IMG/VR virus record: IMGVR_UViG_3300042889_000724
Location: 1 to 62,036 of that record
DNA: 62,036 nucleotides
DNA from: a virus
Lineage: Duplodnaviria; Caudoviricetes
Direction: 5' to 3' (one strand)
In this document: positions 48,406 to 56,959 of the stretch, one piece after another
Layout: each line of letters starts with the position of its first letter
How positions within the stretch are numbered: position 1 is the first letter of the stretch
The notes under the pieces: model-generated
Seen by the model: the letters and a program-made list of their open reading frames with translations, nothing else
Databases searched by the model: none
Told to the model about the DNA's origin: nothing
Position numbers and translations under genes: made by a program

Positions 48406-50121
48406 ATGGTTTTAAGAAATAAATCTTCGGCGACCCCTGTTTCTGCTGTAAACTGGCAGGGTCTACAACAGATGTCAGTTGATGAAGTAAAGAATTACAT
48501 TGCACAAACTCTGACAGTTTCCTTTGGTGCAAACTCAGATGGTACTGGCACTGCTGAAATTAACATTACCACAAACGACAGTGGGTCTGGTACTTCAATC
48601 GGAACATTTGCTGACACAGATCGCCAAGAAGCAACAGGAACTCACCCAGCAACTGGTGCAGTTGACACTGTTACATACACTGCCAAACAAGTTACTGCTG
48701 CTGCGGCAGAAAGCATTACCAATCGTCCGTTGAAATATGACGATGGTATCAAAGAAATGACTGATGGTCAAATTGATAGTGAAATCTTAGATTATGCAAT
48801 CAATGCGATGATCACTGAGACCACATATACTGCAGGTCAATATAAACTACAACCAACTGCTCCATCAGGTGGTACATGGGTTGCTCGATACACATTAACT
48901 GATGTTGCCAATGGCGGAAACACCGTAACATATCTATGGCAAAAAACTGCTGCAACTACACTGTCAGACTCCAATCTTAAACCATTAAAACTAATTGATA
49001 CCAAAGATGTCAAAGAAATGTCATCTTCTGAAATCCTACAGATGCTTCCAAGTTTTAGAAACAGAATCATTGACACAGGAATTGGCACATATAAGGTTCA
49101 ATCTTCAGCACCAGTGAGTGGTACTTGGGTTGCGATGGGCGATGAGTTTGCTGACACCAGAGAGCAAGTAACACCACAGAACTATCTGGGTAACTTCTCT
49201 GGTAACTACCTTGGCACCTTCTCAGGTTCAAGAAACTATACTGCAGCATATGCTGGAACATATTCTGGATCATTCGCAAACAACTTTAGTGGTGGTTATG
49301 TTGGACCAGCAAACTATTCCGGAGCATATTCTGGAGCATTCGCAAACAACTTTAGTGGTGGTTATGTTGGACCAGCAAACTATTCTGGATCTTACTCACA
49401 GGGGTTCAGTGGAAACTATGTCGGTAACTATGTTGGACCAAAAAACTATTCTGGATCTTACTCGCAGGGTTTCAGTGGAAACTATGTAGGAAATTATGCT
49501 GGTTCTAGGAACTACGCAGGCAACTATGCAGGTAACTATCTCGGAACATACTCAAGCAACTTTACGGGTAACTATACACGAAACTTCACTGGAACATATA
49601 CTCCATTCTTTGGTGGTTTCCTTGGTCCTACAGGATACTCTGGTAACTATCTAGGAACTTTCTCTGGTAACTATCTGGGCAACTTCTCTGGTAACTATCT
49701 CGGTACCTACTCTGGTTCTAGAAACTATGCAGGTAACTATGCTGGAACATATCTCGGAACATACACAGGATTCTTCACAGGAAACTATCTCGGAACTTCA
49801 ACATATACTGGAACATATTCGGGTAATTATACTGGATTCTTTACAGGAAACTATCTCGGAACTTCAACATATACTGGTACTTATACTGGATTCTTTACAG
49901 GGTTTTATACTGGGTTCTTTGCAGGAACTGCAACATATACTGGTACATACACTGGGTACTTCACAGGAAACTACACTGGATATTATTCAGGTTCTAGAAA
50001 CTATGCGGGTAACTATGCCAGTAACTTTAGTGGAACGTATTCAAGCAACTTCTCTGGCGCAACAGTAATTGCGACCAAAGAAACTGTATCGACGATAAAA
50101 CTTTGGGTTCGCACTGTATAA
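48406..50121 (+). CDS. Putative fibre protein B, paralog of A, with mirror-symmetric (Y/F)xGx repeats
   Basis: Same N- and C-terminal segments as A; repeats span 49180-50058. Confidence 0.7.
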   Translation: MVLRNKSSATPVSAVNWQGLQQMSVDEVKNYIAQTLTVSFGANSDGTGTAEINITTNDSGSGTSIGTFADTDRQEATGTHPATGAVDTVTYTAKQVTAAAAESITNRPLKYDDGIKEMTDGQIDSEILDYAINAMITETTYTAGQYKLQPTAPSGGTWVARYTLTDVANGGNTVTYLWQKTAATTLSDSNLKPLKLIDTKDVKEMSSSEILQMLPSFRNRIIDTGIGTYKVQSSAPVSGTWVAMGDEFADTREQVTPQNYLGNFSGNYLGTFSGSRNYTAAYAGTYSGSFANNFSGGYVGPANYSGAYSGAFANNFSGGYVGPANYSGSYSQGFSGNYVGNYVGPKNYSGSYSQGFSGNYVGNYAGSRNYAGNYAGNYLGTYSSNFTGNYTRNFTGTYTPFFGGFLGPTGYSGNYLGTFSGNYLGNFSGNYLGTYSGSRNYAGNYAGTYLGTYTGFFTGNYLGTSTYTGTYSGNYTGFFTGNYLGTSTYTGTYTGFFTGFYTGFFAGTATYTGTYTGYFTGNYTGYYSGSRNYAGNYASNFSGTYSSNFSGATVIATKETVSTIKLWVRTV

Positions 50122-50126
50122 AACCC

Positions 50127-50159
50127 TTGACTTTTTTGGTAAAATAGCGTATATATAAT
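50127..50159 (+). promoter_or_regulatory. Sigma70-type promoter
   Basis: TTGACT-17 nt-TATATA(TAAT). Confidence 0.55.
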
Positions 50160-50191
50160 ATTGAGAAATTATTTTTTTAATGGAGATTTGA

Positions 50192-50647
50192 ATGACTAGT
50201 ACACGCACTATTGAAAATCCTTACTGGGCGAACAAAGAAAAACAACATGTGATTGCAGAGTTCGTTTATTCTGACACGGGTAAACGAGCAACTGCATCAA
50301 TCATGAACGATGGTACTAATCGAGATTATGATGAATTGATGCAGAAGTATAGCATCGAGCAGATTGATGCGAATACCAAGAAACGGTTTGATGACCGCAA
50401 TCAACATATCAAGCATAACATTGAACGCCAGAAGGTTGACAAGACTCGTATGCAGCAAGAGCAACTGTTCGCTGCTAAACTGGATGCATTCGAGATCGAT
50501 CTAATTAAATCCTCGAAGAATCGTGACTTGAAGTCCAAGATTCGTAAAGCAAAGAACATCATGGAAGTTACTGCGTACACGGTAATTCTTCTACAACAGG
50601 AAGAAGCAAATACTGCTATCGTACGAGAAGCAGTTGATGCAGAATAA
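50192..50647 (+). CDS. Hypothetical protein, possible fibre assembly chaperone
   Basis: Follows the fibre genes; NPYWAN start resembles tail-fibre chaperone N-termini; helical C-terminus; GGAG RBS. Confidence 0.45.
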   Translation: MTSTRTIENPYWANKEKQHVIAEFVYSDTGKRATASIMNDGTNRDYDELMQKYSIEQIDANTKKRFDDRNQHIKHNIERQKVDKTRMQQEQLFAAKLDAFEIDLIKSSKNRDLKSKIRKAKNIMEVTAYTVILLQQEEANTAIVREAVDAE

Positions 50648-51332
50648 TGGTTTTCTCTACGTAGCAACAGTAAGAAAAGGTTACTATAGAGCGGCGAGAA
50701 ATTCCGCTATATCTCTGCGCGATTTCTATCCTGATGCAAAAATAACATTCTTCACGCATGAGGAATGGGTTCAACCAGATGATTATGAAATCTTCGACAC
50801 AGTTGTAACTGAGAATGTCCCAAGAGATAAACGAGCGAAACTTTGGGCGCTTGATCAAACTCCATATGATTTAACAACCTACATGGATTGTGACATGGAA
50901 GTTGAGCATGAAGACATCCAAAAGATCTTTGATCAAATCCCAGATGACATTGATGTCATCTTTACTGCTAATCGCCCGTATAACGCAGCACTGACTAAGT
51001 TATCTGACACGGAAGAAATGACTGAGCACTGTGGATTGTTCGTTTATCGAAACAATGAACAAACATTAAAACTAATGCGTGCATGGTATGACGAGTATTG
51101 GGAACAGAATAAACCAGGATGGGATCGCAAACATTATCCTAAATCTGCATTGCAGTGGGATACATTCACAATGTGGAGACTCCTAAATCATTTTGACTTT
51201 GGTGTCAAAACTGCCAGATTCCCTGATCCAGATGCCAGATGGAACTTTGTTTCCGGATATAAACAAGAAGAATTGCAGGGTCAACCAGTAGTGATTTATC
51301 ATTATACAATTCCACATTCTTTATTAGATTAA
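50637..51332 (+). CDS. GT-A fold glycosyltransferase-like protein
   Basis: A..SAISLR.F.P, K..AL...PYD.T.YMDCD (DxD), GLFVY, WN, IYHY. Confidence 0.75.
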   Translation: MQNNGFLYVATVRKGYYRAARNSAISLRDFYPDAKITFFTHEEWVQPDDYEIFDTVVTENVPRDKRAKLWALDQTPYDLTTYMDCDMEVEHEDIQKIFDQIPDDIDVIFTANRPYNAALTKLSDTEEMTEHCGLFVYRNNEQTLKLMRAWYDEYWEQNKPGWDRKHYPKSALQWDTFTMWRLLNHFDFGVKTARFPDPDARWNFVSGYKQEELQGQPVVIYHYTIPHSLLD

Positions 51333-51342
51333 CAGGACACAC

Positions 51343-52020
51343 ATGCTACAATTTACAAATTCAGTTTCTAAAGAACTAAGTGATATTTTAGATCCATTCA
51401 CAGAATGGTTTTTCGCCCAAAATGATCAACATCTCGTACTGGGTCCACAAGAGCAGCAAGAAAAGCGTCGCGGTGGATTGAATATGGAAACTGCTACTGA
51501 TGAACAATATTTAAATCATATTGTCAATAAGCGCGATAAGCATGTTGGTTTCCCTGATGTTGCATGGTGCACTGATATGTCTCAGGCACATGGACAACCA
51601 TGGTTCCCTTTTGAATATGGTAGAAGGCAGCAAGAAACAAATAAAGAATTGATCAGTTATCTTGGCGCAAGAAACAATGCGGTGTTTACTTACTATCCTG
51701 AAAATGGTTTTATGGGATGGCACACCAACTGGAACGCATCAGGATATAATATTCTGATTACTTACAATACAGAAGAAAATGGTGGATACTTCCGCTACTT
51801 GGATCCTGTTACAAAAGAAATCGTAACTATGGTTGATCCAAAGGGATGGTCATGTAAGGTTGGACACTTTGGTGATCGTAGCGATCCAAATAAAATTGTA
51901 TACCACTGCTGCGGCAATTCTGCCAAGAGACTGACTTTAGGATATGTTGTGCCGCATCTTGAAATTTGGCGCTCAATGATCGAAGATATCAGCGGTGAGG
52001 ATGCTTCTCACTTTTCTTGA
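51343..52020 (+). CDS. Putative 2OG-Fe(II)-oxygenase-like (double-stranded beta-helix) protein
   Basis: YYPENGFMGWHTN..GG.F..YHC....RLT; HxN replaces the usual HxD. Confidence 0.5.
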   Translation: MLQFTNSVSKELSDILDPFTEWFFAQNDQHLVLGPQEQQEKRRGGLNMETATDEQYLNHIVNKRDKHVGFPDVAWCTDMSQAHGQPWFPFEYGRRQQETNKELISYLGARNNAVFTYYPENGFMGWHTNWNASGYNILITYNTEENGGYFRYLDPVTKEIVTMVDPKGWSCKVGHFGDRSDPNKIVYHCCGNSAKRLTLGYVVPHLEIWRSMIEDISGEDASHFS

Positions 52021-52735
52021 CCTTTTCGCGCTCTTTATGTTTTGCCAGTAGTTCTTCGAGAACAACTAAATTTTCGTGCATCTTTTCCATATCATCTAAC
52101 ATTTTTGGAACTGCAACAGATGCCTGCTGTATAATTGCGAACTCGTAGTTTGTGTGTAAAGGGTTGGTAGCAGATTTTATTCTTCGCTGCTTCAAGAAAC
52201 TTTTAATTTTACTCACCAACGAGGGTTTTCTTGCCTCGACCATATTCAACTTACTGCCTTTCTGGTCTGTTGCTTGTTGTCTTGCCTTTAAAATTTGTTC
52301 TTCTTTTATTTTTGCCGCTGCAGCATTTTCTCTGGCAAGTTTTTCGTTTTCTTCTTTGAGAATCTGTAGTTCTTCAACTAGTTTCGGATCTGTAACATGA
52401 ACAGTTTCTATAACTGTTTCGATTACCTTCTCAATTACGACAGGTGGATTTTCTAAAATATCTTTTGCTTTAGCAATTGTTTCTGCTGCTACTTTTGACT
52501 CTTCTTCTATTGCAAGTTTTTGTCTCTGCAATTCTCCATGTTTTTCTTGCGCAATTTTTTCTCTATCAAGTTCTTCTTGAGAGGGTTCAATAATCTCAAC
52601 TTCGATAATTTCTTCTTGAAAGTTTCCTTCGATCCAATCTTCCACAATCACTTCTTCGGGTGGAGGTGGTAATGATACTAAGGGTTCTGGAATATAATCT
52701 TGTGGTGGTGGTGCGACGACTCTTGCTCTTGCCAT
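51989..52735 (-). CDS. Hypothetical Pro-rich / coiled-coil protein
   Basis: 248-aa E/K-rich ORF ending the minus-strand operon; 32-bp convergent overlap with the oxygenase-like gene. Confidence 0.7.
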   Translation of the reverse strand: MARARVVAPPPQDYIPEPLVSLPPPPEEVIVEDWIEGNFQEEIIEVEIIEPSQEELDREKIAQEKHGELQRQKLAIEEESKVAAETIAKAKDILENPPVVIEKVIETVIETVHVTDPKLVEELQILKEENEKLARENAAAAKIKEEQILKARQQATDQKGSKLNMVEARKPSLVSKIKSFLKQRRIKSATNPLHTNYEFAIIQQASVAVPKMLDDMEKMHENLVVLEELLAKHKEREKVKKSEKHPHR

Positions 52736-52736
52736 A

Positions 52737-53393
52737 TTATTTCTTCCCTATTACCATGAAGCGATCGAAGTTTACTTTACCATCCCAAGACCAGTAAGAC
52801 TGTTCGATCTGTCCCTCGTAGAAAACATCAGTAACTCCAACATTCTCAACATGCTCTTCGATCGATGGAACACAATTAATACCCCACATCTCTCTAAAAA
52901 CATTTGACGACTGACAGGCAAAGATACAATCCTTGTTTGCGGTCGTCATTTTATTTAGCGGATACATTGCCTCGCAACCAATAGAAACTACCACATCAGT
53001 TTCTAGTGCATTGATGTCATGATATGCGAATGGAACATCCCAGTTGATATGATTTAATTCAATACCCTTCTCAGAATAATACCGATTGAACACCATTGAT
53101 AATTCCAATGCGTCTTTATCAATATCGATCAAGTTAATTTTCTTGACATTTAAATTTTCACACAGTAATGGAACAAGTGGAAATCCTAACCAAGAATTTA
53201 GAATTGTAATGTCTAATTCTTCTGGAACATCTTTCATCTCCAATAGTTTTTCGACTAACCAAATGGCAGCATCCATAGTATTCGGATTCATGGACTTGCG
53301 GAAGTCCTCGTGTTTCCATGGCATCTCGTTGGCAATCTTATCAAGTCCCTCGCCCCAATAGCGATAGTTGTTCAAGTAATTATAATTTAACAT
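52737..53393 (-). CDS. Methyltransferase-like protein, paralog of 2036-2620 with altered motif I
   Basis: ITILNSWLG (vs IIIFGGWYG), LIDID, DVVVSIGCE, QSSN, RFMVIGK; start probably MLNYNY at 53393. Confidence 0.6.
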   Translation of the reverse strand: MLNYNYLNNYRYWGEGLDKIANEMPWKHEDFRKSMNPNTMDAAIWLVEKLLEMKDVPEELDITILNSWLGFPLVPLLCENLNVKKINLIDIDKDALELSMVFNRYYSEKGIELNHINWDVPFAYHDINALETDVVVSIGCEAMYPLNKMTTANKDCIFACQSSNVFREMWGINCVPSIEEHVENVGVTDVFYEGQIEQSYWSWDGKVNFDRFMVIGKK

Positions 53394-54075
53394 CTTGTGG
53401 TCTTTCCATTGAATCGTATAAACAAACGAGTGGTTCAGGTCTGAGAACATGTTCTCTTACATCAATCGGCCAAACATATCCATAGTTATAACTATACACC
53501 CAGTTATCTGGAAAATGTCCGATCTTCAAAAGACGTTCTCTTTGGTGACCGAATAGATTATCTAACCCACGATAATAAAAAAACATTTGATCAGGATAAT
53601 CTCTTACGAACTTAGTAATTTTGTTTACATCTAATTTATCGTTCCATCTAAGAACGCTTGAATTTAGATCCGTGTATCTAAACGGAATTTCTTTTGTATC
53701 CTCTTTCATTTGCTTCATGTTATGCCAACGAGTTCGAATGAAAGTTAATGTATCTTCTGGATTATATTCAACAATACAATCAATATTGTGTTGGATACCT
53801 ATGTCTAAGTCTAGGAAAAGTTTTTCTCCCATCTGCCGCACGACATTTTTGTCGAACAAGTGGAGTTTATTCCACCATTTTTCATAATAATTATCTTCAG
53901 GAATGGGAATAACTATGACCTCTGGATCTAAATCTCCAGGGTGTTCTGTGATACAATAAAATTTAAATTCGTGAGTTATGTGCTCTCTACACATTTCCAG
54001 AATACGATTTACGTATTCTGGTCCATATTTGAAACCCCACTTCACTGTGTAAATATTAATCATCAAATATTCCAA
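53380..54075 (-). CDS. Glycosyltransferase-like protein (GT-A, paralog 4)
   Basis: VKWG.KY..EYVN, F.CIT, WWNKL.LF, FLDLD, NSSV..W. Confidence 0.75.
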   Translation of the reverse strand: MEYLMINIYTVKWGFKYGPEYVNRILEMCREHITHEFKFYCITEHPGDLDPEVIVIPIPEDNYYEKWWNKLHLFDKNVVRQMGEKLFLDLDIGIQHNIDCIVEYNPEDTLTFIRTRWHNMKQMKEDTKEIPFRYTDLNSSVLRWNDKLDVNKITKFVRDYPDQMFFYYRGLDNLFGHQRERLLKIGHFPDNWVYSYNYGYVWPIDVREHVLRPEPLVCLYDSMERPQDVKL

Positions 54076-54887
54076 TGCTCTAAAAGATCAGGATCAACTA
54101 ACGATTCCTGTTTCACTTTGCCTCTACGATCATCTTGGAACGGCAGTAAATCCACATTAAACACGCAGAGAATGCAGTCTTTTCTATATATACCCACAGT
54201 AAGGTCGCCTGAATCCCAGTCGCGTCCTCGATTATATGAGTAAGCAAACGTATTTGGAAAATGTTTCCATAGAGGAGTATTGCTAAAGTCGCCCCATCGC
54301 CAACTGTGGTAGTTGTCGGTTCCATCTGTAAACGTAAACCAAATACGCTCTTGGTTTTCGAGAACGTCCTGCCAGATACACTCCGTCTGATCATCCGACC
54401 ACACCATGCAACTACCATTGGTATACGCACCATGAGAAAGTTTGAAGTTGCGCGATTTCATCGGTCGCGGATCTTGCCACCATGATCGTAACTTGGTGGG
54501 ATTCTCTAGGTCATAAGTGATGATTGGCGACAAATCATTTTGTATGATAACATCAAGGTCGAAAAAGACAAATCTTCCAGTGGGTTTATCGTCTGCGAAG
54601 TTGTGTGTATTGAAGATGAACGTCTTTGGTCTGTCCCAACAACGTGCCATGCCGTATTTAAAATCCTCAGACCCAAACCAGTATTTCGGATGGATGTCGG
54701 GAATGTCTGGGAAGTCTATTACTTTAATCTCGGCATCAAATCCTTCGCTGTTATCCGTATAGCAATAGAAATGAAACTCAAAATTATCTGGAGTATGCTT
54801 CTTTGCCATTCGATAAAGACGGTTGACAAACTCAGAAGAATACTTTGTTCCCCATTTACAGCAAACGTAATTAACTCTCATTGCCAC
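54063..54887 (-). CDS. Glycosyltransferase-like protein (GT-A, paralog 3)
   Basis: CCKWGTKY, FYCYTD, FFDLDVII, NGSCMVW. Confidence 0.75.
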   Translation of the reverse strand: MAMRVNYVCCKWGTKYSSEFVNRLYRMAKKHTPDNFEFHFYCYTDNSEGFDAEIKVIDFPDIPDIHPKYWFGSEDFKYGMARCWDRPKTFIFNTHNFADDKPTGRFVFFDLDVIIQNDLSPIITYDLENPTKLRSWWQDPRPMKSRNFKLSHGAYTNGSCMVWSDDQTECIWQDVLENQERIWFTFTDGTDNYHSWRWGDFSNTPLWKHFPNTFAYSYNRGRDWDSGDLTVGIYRKDCILCVFNVDLLPFQDDRRGKVKQESLVDPDLLEHWNI

Positions 54888-55639
54888 AACCTAATAATAT
54901 TTTCATCAGTGCATTCCATTAATTTAATTTGTGCCTTTGCACTCGGATGCGGAACATTGTCTGTGTTGAACAAACATACCTTAGCATCTTTACGAAACTT
55001 AAACCATTCCACATCATCTGGGTGATGCTTTCCACGATTCCAAGAATAGATCCATCCACCTGGAATATCTTTCCAGAAATCTCTCTGTCTCCAGTAATGG
55101 TAATTGTCGCTTCCTTTAAAAAAGGTTTTGAATACAGATTGAGAATTCTGCATAACATCTTTATAGATGTGCTCACAAGAAACATTAGGCCATAACATCA
55201 TGCTCGAATTATAGAACGTGCCTCGAGTATCTATAAACAATCTATCATGTTTCAGTGATTGTGGTTGCCAACGACATTGAATTATTCTTGGTTTTTCAGA
55301 TAGGTCAATTACCTCTGTTATATCTTCTTGGATTACCACGTCAAGGTCGAAGTAACACCAGTTCCCAGTATAACCAAGCCAATTATGTGAATTAAATACT
55401 AAGAACTTTGCACGGTCAAAACAGAAAGTTTCTTCACCAAACCAATATTTGGGATGCAAAATACCATCGTCTGGTATAGGTGCAGTATCACATTCAATTC
55501 CCTCGGCGTTATCTGTAAAACACGTGAATGTATAGGAAGATAAGTTCCGAGAAAAATTCTTTCGCACCATCTTATATAAGTTGTTTACATACTTGGCAGA
55601 GTACTTGTCGCCCCACTTAATACATACGAAGTTCATCAT
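54878..55639 (-). CDS. Glycosyltransferase-like protein (GT-A, paralog 2)
   Basis: CIKWGDKY, FTCFTD, YFDLDVVI, NSSMMLW. Confidence 0.75.
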   Translation of the reverse strand: MMNFVCIKWGDKYSAKYVNNLYKMVRKNFSRNLSSYTFTCFTDNAEGIECDTAPIPDDGILHPKYWFGEETFCFDRAKFLVFNSHNWLGYTGNWCYFDLDVVIQEDITEVIDLSEKPRIIQCRWQPQSLKHDRLFIDTRGTFYNSSMMLWPNVSCEHIYKDVMQNSQSVFKTFFKGSDNYHYWRQRDFWKDIPGGWIYSWNRGKHHPDDVEWFKFRKDAKVCLFNTDNVPHPSAKAQIKLMECTDENIIRLWQ

Positions 55640-56294
55640 ACTTTTTTTCTGCTCCAGGAAACTGATCTAAACCATTTAACAATGCTATCGTATAAGTTGG
55701 GCGATAGAAGAAGGATTCGTTGTGGTCGTCAATTCCATAATAATCTGCACCATAAACAAAAGAATAAATTTCACCCTTTGGAAAGTAATTGAATCTAAAA
55801 TCTTCATGCCAAAGGAATCTATCATCACCAAAGTATTTAACCATGTAGTAATCAGGATCTGTTTGAAAGTGTTCCCAAATATGATGAACAGTTCCTTCTC
55901 TCCACATAACAACACTTGAGTTGTAATTACTCAAGAAACGCATACCATGTGTGTCACCAACATAATCGGGAAACTCTTTATCCTTCCAATAAGTATATAC
56001 TATTGTAGGAAAATTGTCAATAGAATTCCACAGATGATCAATGTTTTTTTGTATTCTGATATCAAGATCTAAGTAAAGAACATCACCCAATTCCTCCAAA
56101 GTATACATCCATATTTTAATCCAATGTCCCTCTATATCTTCAGGCATAGGAATTGCTTTTATTAATGGATCTAGGTCAGTCGGATCATCGGTGATACACG
56201 CATAGTTATATTTTCTGCCAGTATCATTTACTATTCTGTTTACGTCTGCAGCAGAATATTTTTCACCATATTTTATCATCAAAATCGTTTGCAT
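55617..56294 (-). CDS. Glycosyltransferase-like protein (GT-A, paralog 1)
   Basis: IKYGEKY, CITDD, YLDLD, NSSVVMW, GDD.FL; start probably MQTIL at 56294. Confidence 0.75.
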   Translation of the reverse strand: MQTILMIKYGEKYSAADVNRIVNDTGRKYNYACITDDPTDLDPLIKAIPMPEDIEGHWIKIWMYTLEELGDVLYLDLDIRIQKNIDHLWNSIDNFPTIVYTYWKDKEFPDYVGDTHGMRFLSNYNSSVVMWREGTVHHIWEHFQTDPDYYMVKYFGDDRFLWHEDFRFNYFPKGEIYSFVYGADYYGIDDHNESFFYRPTYTIALLNGLDQFPGAEKKYDELRMY

Positions 56295-56309
56295 AGTATT
56301 CTCAGTTAT

Positions 56310-56334
56310 TATAAATATTCTCATATAATTTATA
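56310..56334. promoter_or_regulatory. Divergent late promoters
   Basis: TATAAATA on + (56310-56317) and near-consensus TATAAATT on - (56327-56334) facing the GT operon. Confidence 0.55.
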
Positions 56335-56344
56335 AGGGTTTCTG

Positions 56345-56674
56345 ATGGCACAAATTCAAAATATCTTTATTGACCAAGGAACGACTTTTTCTTTGTCCCT
56401 CGCAGTAAATGATCAGAACGGAGATCTAAAGGATCTTACTGGTTATACTGTAGCAGCACAAATGCGCAGATCGTATTACACTACTACTTCTACTAATTTT
56501 ACTGCAGCAGTTTCTTTACCAGAAGATGGCGAAGTCACTATTTCATTGACTGCGGTGCAAACCTCAGCAATAAAAGCAGGAAGATATGTTTACGATATTG
56601 AAATTACAGGCGACGGTGAAACGCTACGAGTTCTTGAGGGGATCGTTGTAATTAATCCAGAGGTAACGAAATAA
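56345..56674 (+). CDS. Conserved small structural protein (Ig-like adaptor)
   Basis: IDQGTTF..LTGY...AQMRRSY..GRYVYDIE..RVLEG...NPEVT. Confidence 0.65.
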   Translation: MAQIQNIFIDQGTTFSLSLAVNDQNGDLKDLTGYTVAAQMRRSYYTTTSTNFTAAVSLPEDGEVTISLTAVQTSAIKAGRYVYDIEITGDGETLRVLEGIVVINPEVTK

Positions 56675-56919
56675 TGGCACTTAACGTTACAGTAGGAACC
56701 CCGAATGCAGTTAAAGTTGAAGTGGGAACTTCAAATACTATAAATACAAGTATAGTAAGTAAAAGAACATCAACTAAAATAGAGACGTTAGCGGACGTAG
56801 ATGTAGAAGGTATTCAAGATGGATATACTTTAGTTTACAATACTGCTACTAACAAATGGGAGGCAGTAGATCCTGCTTTAGATTTGAATTTGGGTATTAT
56901 AGACGGTGGAACGTTTTAA
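56674..56919 (+). CDS. Small structural protein ending IDGGTF
   Basis: L.DVD..G..LVYN..T.KW fibre-like motif; translational coupling. Confidence 0.6.
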   Translation: MALNVTVGTPNAVKVEVGTSNTINTSIVSKRTSTKIETLADVDVEGIQDGYTLVYNTATNKWEAVDPALDLNLGIIDGGTF

Positions 56920-56959
56920 CAACTGAAATAGAAATAATAAACTAAAGGAAACTGACATT

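Noticed and set aside
46945-50058. Repetitive DNA as a CRISPR array or DGR template/variable repeats
   Set aside because: The repeats are in-frame and vary at synonymous positions. There is no constant repeat with unique spacers, no adenine-specific pair, and no reverse transcriptase in the window.
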